Assembly: GCA_030390025.1 (NCBI GenBank)
Contig: JASTWF010000035.1
Span: 2,728,001 to 2,792,000 of the forward strand
DNA length: 64,000 nt
From: Squalus acanthias
Taxonomy: Eukaryota
Direction: 5' to 3'
In this document: piece by piece, positions 13,318 through 23,373 of the stretch
How the letters are laid out: each line of letters opens with the position of its first letter
How positions within the stretch are numbered: position 1 is the stretch's first letter
Position numbers and translations under genes: made by a program
The notes under the pieces: model-generated
What the model was told of the DNA's origin: nothing
Database searches by the model: none
What the model saw: the letters and a program-made list of their open reading frames with translations, nothing else

Positions 13318-14054
13318 ATTTGCTGAATGAAGCGATCACAACAATGGCCATAAAGTTTGCAGTCTCCAGAAGAAGCAAGGCTGCTTGCAGGCCTTAAATC
13401 CAGCAGCACTGATGACGTCATCGGGGGCGACTTTCAGGATGGAAAGACTCATTGGGCCAGGGGTTCCCACACGCTGGAAATCAAGTGCCCAATTAGGGGA
13501 AAATCCCACTTTTTTCCCACTTCACATCGGAGTCGGGTTCCTGACACGAAAACCACCTGACACGCCCCCAACCCGCCCCAATGGCAAAATCCAGCCCATT
13601 GGTTTCAGGTGAGGTGTGTGGCTGCTAGTAAGTCAGCAGTGAATAGTGAGACATGGGAAAGCATAAATATTTTGCAGCTAATTTGATCTCTGCCAGTATT
13701 TGTGCTACACTTTATAGATTAAATGAGTGGTGGACTCCCTATGATGGAGTACATTGTATATGTTCTGTGGAAGGAATGGCCAAAATGGCCTTTGCTCTTT
13801 CCATGTTTTATGTTCAGAAGCACTGCTGGTGATATTAAACCGCTGTGGCTGGGCCTTCAGACCATTGACTATGAATGGGTGGAATCTGTTTTAATATTCC
13901 TTTATTGGACTTTGGCAGGTGTCCAGATGTGGCTACTTTAATCTCATTACTGCTTGCCTGTTTATGTCTCATACTGAAGCCACTTCAAAGGGCTACAATT
14001 ACTTCTGTTTAATGAGGGTTTGATGTAAAGTTCAAACTTCAATCAGGTTTTCAG

Positions 14055-17000
14055 TTTTTTTTATTTGTTATGGGATGTGGGCGTCACTGGCAAGGCCAGC
14101 ATTTATTGCCCATCCCTAATAGCCCTTGAGAAGGTGGTGGTGAGCCGCCTTCTTGAACCGCTGCAGTCCGTGTGGTGACGGTACTCCCACAGTGCTGTTA
14201 GGGAGGGAGTATCAGGATTGTAACCCAGCGACGATGAAGGAACAGCAATATATTTCCAAGTCAGGAGTGTGTGACTTGGAGGGGAACTTGGAGGTGGTGG
14301 TGTTCCCATGCACATGCTGCCCTTGTCCTTCTAGGTGGAAGAGGTCGTGGGTTTGGGCGGTGCTGCCGAAGAAGCCTTGGTGAGTTGCTGCAGTGCATCT
14401 TTGTAGACGGTACACACTTCAGCCACGGTACGCCGGTGGTGGAGGGAGTGAATGTTTAAGGTGGTGGATGGGGTGCCAATCAAGTGGGCTGCTTTGTCCT
14501 GGATGGTGTCAAGCTTCTTGAGTGTTGTTGGAGCTGCACTCATCCAAGCAAGTGGAGAATATTCCAACACACTCCTGACTTGAGCCTTGTAGATGGTGGA
14601 AAGTCTTTGGGGAGTCAGGAGGTGAGACACTCGCCACAGAATACCCATCCTCTGACCTGCTCTTGTTGCCACAGTATTTATGTGGCTGGTCCAGTTAATT
14701 TTCTGGTCAATAGTGACCCCCAGGATGTTGACGGTGGGGGATTCGGCGATGGTAATGCCGTTGAATGTCAAGGGGAGGTGGTTAAACTCTCGCTTGGTGG
14801 AGATCGTCATTGCCTGGCACTTGTGTGGCACGAATGTTACCTGCCACTTATCAGCCCAAGCCTGAACGTCGTCCAGGTCTTGTTGCATGCGGGCATAGAC
14901 TGCTTTATTATCTGAGGAGTTGCATATGGAACTGAACACTGTGCAGTCATCAGCGAACATCCCCACTTCTGACCTTATGATGGAGGGGAGGTCCTTGATG
15001 AAGCAGCTGAAGATGGTTGAGCCTAGGACACTGCCCTGAGGAACTCCTGCAGCGATGTCCTGGGGCTGTGATGATTGACCTTCAATCGCCAGAACCATCT
15101 TCCTTTGTGCTAGGTATGACTCCAGCCAGTGGAGCGTTTTCCCCCTGATTCCCATTGACTTCAGTTTTACTAGGGCTCCTTGATGCCACACTCGGTCAAA
15201 TGCTGCCTTGATGTTAAGAGCAGTCACTCTCACCTCACCTCTGGAATTCAGCTCCTTTGTCCATGTTTAGAACAAGGCTGTAATGAGGTCGGGAGCTGAG
15301 TGGTCTTGGCGGAACCCAAACAGGGCATCAGTGAGCAGGTTATTGGTGAGTAAGTGCCGCTTGATAGCACGGTCGATGACACCTTCCATCACTTTGCTGA
15401 TGATTGAGAGTAGACTGATGGGGCGGTAATTGGCCCGGTTGGATCTGTCCTGCTTTTTGTGGACAGGACATACCTGAGCAGTTTTCCACATTGTCAGATA
15501 GATGCCAGTGTTGTAGCTGTACTGGAACAGCTTGGCTAGAAGCGCGGCTAGTTCTGGAGCATAAGTCTTCAGCGCGATAGTTGGGATGTTGTTGGGGCCC
15601 ATAGCCTTTGTTGTATCCAGTGCGCTCAGCCGTTTCTTGATATCATGTGCAGTGAATCGAATTGGCTGAAGACTGGCTTCTGTGATGGTGGGGACCTTGG
15701 GAGTAGGCCGATATGGATCATCCACTCGGCACTTCTGGCTGAAGATGGTTGCAAACACTTCAGCCTTGTCTTTTGCACTCACGTGCTGGGCTCCACCACC
15801 AGTGAGGATGGGGATATTCATGGAGCCTCATCCTCCCGTTAGTTGTTTAGTGGTCCACCACCATTCACGACTGGATGTGGCAGGACTGCAGAGCTTTGAT
15901 CTGATCCGTTGATTGTGGGATCGCTTAGCCCTGTCTATAGCATGCTGCTTCCAATATTTAACATGCATGTAGTCCTGTGTTGCAGCTTCCCCAGGTTGGC
16001 ACCTCATTTTTAGGTACGCCTGGTGCTGCTCCCGGCATGCTCTTCTACACTCCTTATTGAGGTCCACTGGCTTGATGGTAATGGTAGAGTGAGGGATATG
16101 CCGGGCCATGAGGTTACAGATTATGGTGGAATACAATTCTGCTGCTGCTGATGGCCCACAGCGCCTCATGGATGCCCAGTTTTGAGCTGCTAGATCTGTT
16201 CTGAATCTATCCCATTTAGTACGGTGGTGGTGCCACACAACACGATGGAGGGTGTCCTCAGTGTGAAGACGGGACTTCGTCTCCACAATGACTGTGCGGT
16301 GGTCACTGCTACCAATACTGTCATGGACAGATGCATCTGCGACAGGTAGATTGGTGAGAATGAGATCAAGTAGGTTTTTCCCCTCGTGTTGGTTCTCTCA
16401 CCACCTATCGCAGGCCCAGACTGGCAGTTATGTCCTTCAGGACTTGGTCAGTAGTGGTGCTACTGAGCCACTCTTGGTGATGAACATTGAAGTCCCCCAC
16501 CCAGAGTACATTCTGTGCCCTTGCTACTCTCAGTGCTTCTTCCAAGTGGTGTTCAACATGGAGGAGTACTGATTCATCAGCTGAGGGAGGGCAGTAGGTG
16601 GTAACCAGCAGTAGGTTTCCTTGCCCATGCTTGACCTGAATCCATGAGACTTCATGGGGTCCGGAGTCAATGTTGAGGACTCCCAGGGCCACTCCTTCCC
16701 GACTGTATACCACTGTGCCGCCACCTCTGGTGGGCCTGTTATGCCGGTGGGACAGGACATTCCCAGGGATGGTGATGGAGGAGTTTGGGACATTGGCTGA
16801 AACGTATGATTCTGTAAGTATGACTATGTCAGGGGCAGCTCTCCCAACTTTGGCACAAGTCCCCAGATGTTGGTGAGGAGGACTTTGCTGGGTTGACTGG
16901 GCTGGGTGTGCCGTTGCCGTGTCCGTAGTCGGTGCTGAGGTCGATGCCGGGTGGTCCGTCCGTTTTCATTATTATTATTAGTTTGTTTCATAGCGGATTG

Positions 17001-17315
17001 TTACAACTGAGTGACTGGCTAGGCCATTTCAGAGTCAAGCACATTGCTATGGGTCTGGAGTCACATATAGGCCAGACCAGGTAAGGACGGCAGATTTCCT
17101 TCCCTAAAGGGCATTAGTGAACCAGATGGGTTTTTACGACAATCCGAGTTTCATGGTTACCATTACTGATACTAGCTTTTTATTCCAGATTTATTTAATT
17201 AACTGAATTTAAATTCCCCAGCTGCCGTGGTGGGATTTGAACTCACGTCTCTGGATCATTAGTCCAGGCCTCTGGATTACTAGCCCAGTGACATTACCAA
17301 TGTGCTACCGTTCCC
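14055..17315 (-). mobile_element. tRNA-headed non-LTR retroelement (CR1/L2-group APE+RT region, no ORF1), complete copy, ORF disrupted
   Basis: 5' end has A box and B box, then a SINE-like body, then LTNIWGLVPKLGEL (APE start), GDFN, SDH, IKAAFDRVWH, PQGSVLG, MFADD, and tail GGGATGGGCAATAAATGCTGGCCTTGCCAGTGACGCCCACATCCCA plus an A-rich end. Confidence 0.88.
17232..17307 (-). promoter_or_regulatory. Type 2 RNA Pol III internal promoter (tRNA-derived A and B boxes)
   Basis: Minus strand TAGCACATTGG (17307-17297) fits A box TRGCNNARYGG with one mismatch; GAGTTCAAATCCC (17244-17232) fits B box GTTCRANNC. Confidence 0.8.
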
Positions 17316-17545
17316 GCAAGGGACTTCATTCCATCAATGTGCAGCTGGTGTGCAAGCACAAAAAAAGGTTCAGGCATGTCTGTGGCAGATTCCCTGGGAG
17401 CTGTCATGATGCTTTCATACTTCGGCAGTCTAACATCCCCAACATGTTCAGTCCTGGAACCATTTTAAAGGGTGGCTGCTAGGCGACAAAACATAACCCC
17501 TTCAAACCTGACTGCTGATACCTCTGAGGAACCCCAGCCAATGAA
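17314..17545 (+). pseudogene. Isolated Harbinger transposase fragment
   Basis: RKGLHSINVQLVCKHKKRFRHVCGRFPGSCHDAFILRQS...GWLLGDK, homologous to the two full transposases in the window. Confidence 0.85.
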
Positions 17546-17820
17546 CCCCAGGCCACTGCATTCCAAAAATCAATTCATTGTCTGAAGCACTTTGTATGAT
17601 AAGGTTCTACATAAGTGTGAGTATTTCTTTTATTCCCTTATCGAGAGCCATGAGACTGGAAGAATTTTCCAACTAAACATGTTAAGCTAATGAAAAGACT
17701 GCTGTTGTGTGAAGCCAGATAAGCCTGGGAACTAGATGTACTTTTTGCCCCTGGGAGGCATTTATTAAATAAAGGAAAGACTGAGGGGGAGTTTTTAAGC
17801 CATTTGCAACTTTTCTGCAG

Positions 17821-18010
17821 GGATGTGAGATGTGGAAAACTTCAGTGCAATGGAAAAGGCAGATCACCAGTAATAGGTGGAAGAACCGAAAATGTCGTAT
17901 CTCAATTCTCGAACAAAGGCAAGAACATTGAGTGTTATGGAACGTATTTCACGGGGGATGCTGAAGATATTGATATGGTGGCAGCTGGCATTCACTGCGG
18001 TTTAGGAAAG
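17821..18010 (+). CDS. ADAM-family metalloprotease, cysteine-rich domain exon (internal)
   Basis: Acceptor TTTTCTGCAG, donor GTAATT; encodes DVRCGKLQCNGKGRSPVIGG...IECYGTYFTGDAEDIDMVAAGIHCGLGK (ADAM CGKLQC and MV..G..CG.GK motifs); phases match the neighbouring exons. Confidence 0.93.
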
Positions 18011-18227
18011 GTAATTCTCCTGTAGCATCACAGCACATTGGAGCATATTCAGTCACTTTTACACTGACTTATTACCAAATTACAGTCTGCACATTAAGAC
18101 TCCTTTGGAAGAGTAAGTTGCAGTTCACAAATTCTGAGGGAGTCTGTTGCTGAGGGCAGGATAGTGAGTCCCATAAGTTTGGTAATAATATCATGGTGCA
18201 GTCAGTGACACTCGCACTGCACCAGGG

Positions 18228-18420
18228 AACATAGGAACAGGAGCAGACAATTCAGCCCCTCAAACCTGTTCTGTCATTCAATTAGATCATGGCTGAGCTG
18301 TATATCAATTTATTAGCCTTTTCTGTATATCCCTTGATACTCTTACCGAACAGAAATCTATCGATCTCACTCTTGAAAATTTCAATTGACACAGCATTCA
18401 CAGTCTTTTGGGGGAGGGAG
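18228..18420 (-). mobile_element. Degenerate CR1 3' end
   Basis: AACATAGGAACAGGAGCAGACAATTCAGCCCCTC is the reverse complement of a CR1 tail. Confidence 0.65.
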
Positions 18421-18529
18421 TTCCTTTGTGTGAAGCTAACTCTGCTCCAGGAACACAATGAGCTGGCCTATGAGCTCCTCCATCAAAAAAAAAACGGAGC
18501 ATTTGGGGAAGCTCTAAAGCTTCTAAAGG

Positions 18530-19225
18530 GGGGTGCATGAACAGAGAGACCTGGGGGTATATGTGCACAAATTGTTGAAGGTGGAGAAAGCAGTTAAGAA
18601 AGCATATGGGATCCTGGGCTTTATAAATAGAGGCATAGAGTACAAAAGCAAGGAAGTTATGATGAACCTGTATAAAACACTGGTTCAGCCTCAACTGGAG
18701 TATTGTGTCCAATTCTGGGCACCGCACTTTAGGAAGGATGTGAAGGCCTTAGAGAGGATGCAAAGGAGATTTACGATAATGATTCCAGAGATGAGGGGAT
18801 TCAGTTATGTGGATAGACTGGAGAAGCTGGGGTTGTTCTACTTAGAGCAGAGAAGGTTGAGAGGAGATTTGATAGAGGTGTTCAAAATCATGAGGGGTCT
18901 GGACAGAGTAGATAGAGAGAAACTGTTCCCATTGGCCGAAGGGTCGAGAACCAGAGGACACAGATTTAAGGTGATTGGCAAAAGAAACAAAGGCGAAATG
19001 AGGAAAAACTTTTTTACACAGCGAGTGGTTAAGATGTGGAATGCACCGCCTGAAAGGGTGGTGGAGGCAGATTCAATCGTGGCTTTCAAATGGGAATTGG
19101 ATAAGTACCTGAAGGAAAAAAATTTGCAGGGCTACGGGGAAAGGGCGAGAGAGTGGGACTAGCTGAAGGGCTCTTGCAGAGAGCTGGCACGGGCTCGACG
19201 GGCCAAATGGCCTCCTGTGCTGCAG
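18530..19225 (+). mobile_element. 5'-truncated CR1 LINE 3' portion
   Basis: ORF 18533-19162 QRDLGV...LEYCVQFWAPH...RRLRGDLIEVFK, followed by a CR1 3'UTR. Confidence 0.9.
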
Positions 19226-19249
19226 ATAAATGAAAAAAAACACATTTTT

Positions 19250-19550
19250 AAAAAGGTGAAAGAGGTAGGTTTTAAGGAGTGTCTTAAAGGAGGAAAGAGA
19301 GGCGGAGAGGTTTAGGGAAGGAATTCCCGAGCTTAGAGCCTCAGCAGCTGAAGGCACAGTCAGCAGTGGTGAAGTGATGAAAATCAGGGATGCTCAAGAG
19401 GTCAGAATTGGAGGAGCGGAGAGATCTCGGAGGGTTGTAGGGCTGGCGGAAGTTACAGAGATGGGGAGCGGCGAGGCCATGGAGGGATTTGAAAACAAGA
19501 ATGATCATTTTTAAATCGAGGCATTGCCAGACTGGGAGCCAATGTAGGCC
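19250..19550 (-). mobile_element. L2-clade LINE C-terminal fragment
   Basis: GLHWLPVWQCLDLKMIILVFKSLHGLAAPHL...PPRSLRSS...SLSSFKTLLKTYLF, the typical L2 ORF2 C-terminus. Confidence 0.8.
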
Positions 19551-20312
19551 TACAGACAAGTGCAGGAAAAAACAAAATAAATACTGTAGATTTATTAATT
19601 ATGAGAATGAAATGAAACCCGGAAGAAATGAATGATCAGTGAGCTGTGCAGTGTGAGGAGATTCCTCGCCCAAGGTTTTGTCCAGTAAGATTTCTGGTAG
19701 ATAATCGAGAACTGGAAATCTCTTCTTACGTTAATTTTTGCACCCAATGCAAAACACTTCACTGATAATCGGAGTTAAATTTCATTCATCTGTTCAATTG
19801 CTAACTAATCGAAATCATCTAGTAAATTTTCAATTGCATTTGTGGTCTCTACTGCTTACTCCATATTGGTGGCCTCTATAAATTTGTCAAGCTTAGAATA
19901 GAATTGGTTTCAGCACCCAAATCACTTAATCAGAAATCATGTTCTTCTTACAAACACCAATCATGAGAGACTGTTCCTAAAAATTCAGTAGCCAATTAAA
20001 TGAACTGTCTTTTAGTAAATGTGTGTTGTAAATGAGTGAAGGAACTTTCTCTCTGTCTCCTCTTCACATTCACACATACATATGATGTGTTCAGCTCTGA
20101 TGAAGATGGAGGAAGCTGAGAGTGGAGATCAAAGTCAGCTTGTAGCTTTTCGATTCCAAAGTTTACACTAAGGAGCACCTATTAATTGTATGGTATGCAA
20201 AAATAAGAGAATAAAGTCAGTGAAGTGTGCAGAGTAAACTCCACCCAACTGATATCATGGTAGAGTGGCCTCCTGCTTCTGTTACAGTGATGAATGGCCT
20301 TTTACCCTCCAG

Positions 20313-20390
20313 GCTTGCTTCAACGGCGTGTGCCGCAGCGTGGCTGGGTTCGGTGTCAGCAAGTGCAACAAGTACTGCAACGGCCATGGG
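20313..20390 (+). CDS. ADAM-family exon, end of Cys-rich domain and start of EGF-like domain
   Basis: Acceptor CCCTCCAG, donor GTAAGA; 78 bp, phase 0/0, encodes ACFNGVCRSVAGFGVSKCNKYCNGHG. Confidence 0.92.
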
Positions 20391-21361
20391 GTAAGAGCAA
20401 GGAAATCTGCAACTTTCAGTTTCGTTCACAAACATGTTTAGATTAACATTTGAGCACAGCTAAAAACAACAGCTGTCTTCAGTCAATCCCACATTCTGTG
20501 CTGCACTGGTATATTTTTTTAAAGACACTGGGGGAAAAATTGGGTCGCGCCCCCTTTGGGGCGCTACCTTCGCCGGGGCGGTACTTTTAGTGCCCCGAAA
20601 AAGTTAGCGCCCCCACGCCCGAAATTCACCGGTAGCGCCCCAAGAGGGAGGCGGGGCACTGTGAGTGAATATCGCGGCACCACGCACTGCGGCACATCGC
20701 ACGCGGTACTGTAGGCCTTCATAGAATCATAGAAAGTTACAGCACGGAAGGAGGCCATTTCAGCCCATCGTGTCCGTGCCGGCCAACAAAGAGCTATCCA
20801 GCCTAATCCCACTTCCCAGCTCTTGGTCCCTGGTCCTGCAGGTTAGAGCATCCCAAGTGCACATCAAGTACTTTTTAAATGTGGTTAGGGTTCTGCCTCT
20901 ACCACCCTTTCAGGCAGTGAGTTCCAGACCCCCACAACCCTCTGGGTGAAGAAATTACCCCTCAAATCTCCTCTAAACCTTCCCCCAATTACTTTAAATC
21001 TGTGCCCCCTAGTTTTTGACCCCTCTGCTAAGGGAAATAGTTCCCTACTATCCACATTATCTATGCCCCTCATAATTTTATACACCTCAATAAGGTCTCC
21101 CCTCAGCCTCCTCTGTTCCAAGGAAAACAGACCCAGCCTATCCAGTCTTTCCTCATAGCTAAGATTCTCTACTCCCGGCAACATCCTCGTAAATCTCCTC
21201 TGTACCCTATCTAGTGCAATCACATCTTTCCTGTAATGTGGTGACCAGAACTGCACGCAGTACTCTAGCTGAGGCCTAACTAGTGTTTTATACAGTTGAA
21301 GCATAACCCCCCTGCTCTTGTATTCTATGCCACGGCTAATAAAGGCAAGCATTCCGTATGC

Positions 21362-23373
21362 ATAGAATCATAGAAGATAGGAGCAGGAGTAGACCATTCG
21401 GCCCTCGAGCCTGCTCCGCCATTCGATGAGATCATGGCTGATCATCCAAACTCAGTACCCTGTACCTGCCTTCTCCCCATATCCCTTGATACCTTTAGCC
21501 TTAAGAAATATATCTAACTCCTTCTTGAATATATTTACTGATTTGGCCTCAACTGCCTTCTGTGGTAGAGAATTCCACAGGTTCACCACTCTCTGGGTGA
21601 AGAAATTCCTCCTCATCTCAGTCCTAAATGGCTTACCCCTTATCTTTAGACTGTGACCTCTGGTTCGGGACTCCCCCGCCATCGGGAACATCCTTCCTGC
21701 ATCAAGTCTGTCTAGTCCTGTTAGAATTTTATAAGTTTCAATGAGATCCCCTCTCATTCTTCTAAACTCCAGCGAGTATAAGCCCAATCGACCCAATCTC
21801 TCCTCGTACGTCATTCCTGCCATCCCAGGTATCAGTCTGGTGAATATTCGCTGCACACCCTCCATGGCAAGAACATCCTTCCTCAGATAAGGCGACCAAA
21901 ACTGCACACAATACTCAAGGTGTGGTCTCACCAAGGCCCTGTACAGCTGCAGCAAGACATCCTTGTTCCTGTACTCAAACCCTCTCACTACGAAGGCCAA
22001 CATACCATTTGCCTTCTTAACCGCCTGCTGTACCTGCATGCTTACCTTCAGCGACTGGTGCACAAGGACACCCAGGTCTCGTTGCACTTCCCCTTCTCCC
22101 AATCTATTGCCGTTCAGATAATAATCTGCCTTTCTGTTTTTGACACCAAAGTGGATAACCTCGCATTTATCCACATTATACTGCATCTGCCATGCTTCTG
22201 CCCAATCACCCAACCTGTCCAAATCATACTGGAGTTTCTCGGCATCCTCCTCGCAGCTTTGTGTCATCTGCAAACTTGGAGATATTGGCCCAGAAATTCG
22301 CCTCTCCGGCTTGCCGCGGGGGTAAGGATCGCGCGCGCTCTTACCTACCGCGCCTGCCGTTGTGCTTTGGGCCCACGAGAACTTCAGCTCCTGCTCCTGC
22401 TCCAAGAGCCGGTGCGCAGTGCGTGCGTGTCCCAGGGGCGCAGTTAGTGCGATGCGTCCCCTGGGATCACGTGGGCCATCTTTCATTCATAGATTTGACA
22501 GGAGACCTGTCAAATCTGTGAATTGAAATCGGCCCCAAAAGAACAGCTAAACTTAAAATAAATTTAAAAAAAAAACATCACATTTGTAAAATAACTATAG
22601 TTAAATAAATTAACCACTTTAAACAAAAATTAAAATTTTTGAAAAAATTAAAATACTTTTTAAAAGTGATAAAAAGAAACTTACCTTTCTTTAAAGTATC
22701 TAAAAAAGATAAACCTGTTGAAAAATTTTTAAATTATACTTAATTAACCACTTACCTTGTTGAAAACGGGTCTTATGCCTCCTTTTTAATAGCGTAGTTT
22801 CTTCAATACTTACCCTCGCGTAGAAACCTGAAAAAAAATCTAAGTGTGCTGCGTGTGCTCAGCCTCTACCGCGCACGCGGTTCACCTAGGAACCGCCCCC
22901 TTCACCATACCGGAAGTTCCGGTTTCCTGCGCATGCGCAGTGCATGCAGGAAACCGGCACTTCGGGACGCATTACGGGTGAGTACGGACTATGTACTCAC
23001 CCGGGAAGGGCCGAATTTTTGGCCCATTACATCTAGTTCCCTCGTCTAGATCATTAATATATATAGTGAATAGCTGGGGTCCTAGGACCAATCCCTGCGG
23101 AACCCCATAGTCACTGCCTGCCACTCGGAAAAAGACCCATTTATTCCAACTTTTTGCTTCCTGCCAACCAGTTCTCTATCCAAGTCAGTACCTTGCCCCC
23201 AATCCCATTGCCTTAACTTTACACGCTAATCTCTTATGCGGGACCTTATCGAAAGCCTTCTGAAAGTCCAAACACACCACATCCACTGGTTCTCCCTTAT
23301 CTATTCTATCAGTTACATCCTCAAAAAATTCCAGTAGATTAATCAAGCACGATTTACCTTTTGTAAATCCATG
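21362..23373 (-). mobile_element. Nested 5'-truncated CR1 LINE, itself interrupted by a MITE
   Basis: Own tail CATAGAATCATAGAAG at 21361; RT sequence resumes after 23025. Confidence 0.88.
22287..23025. mobile_element. Harbinger-type MITE (739 bp) with AT-rich core
   Basis: TIRs GGCCCAGAAATTCG / CGAATTTTTGGCCC, TSD ATT (22284-22286, 23026-23028); removing it restores the CR1 sequence GAGATATTACATCT. Confidence 0.88.

Larger units (their letters stand above)
9404..13597 (+). mobile_element. PIF/Harbinger DNA transposon, full length but decayed (family A)
   Basis: TIRs GGGCTCGATATTGCCA / TGGCAAAATCCAGCCC (14 of 16 match), 3-bp TSD ATT at 9401-9403 and 13598-13600; convergent transposase and Myb/SANT genes. 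Confidence 0.93.

Noticed and set aside
17232..17315. Functional tRNA gene
   Set aside because: A and B boxes are present, but I see no convincing cloverleaf or terminator, and it runs on into a retroelement body.
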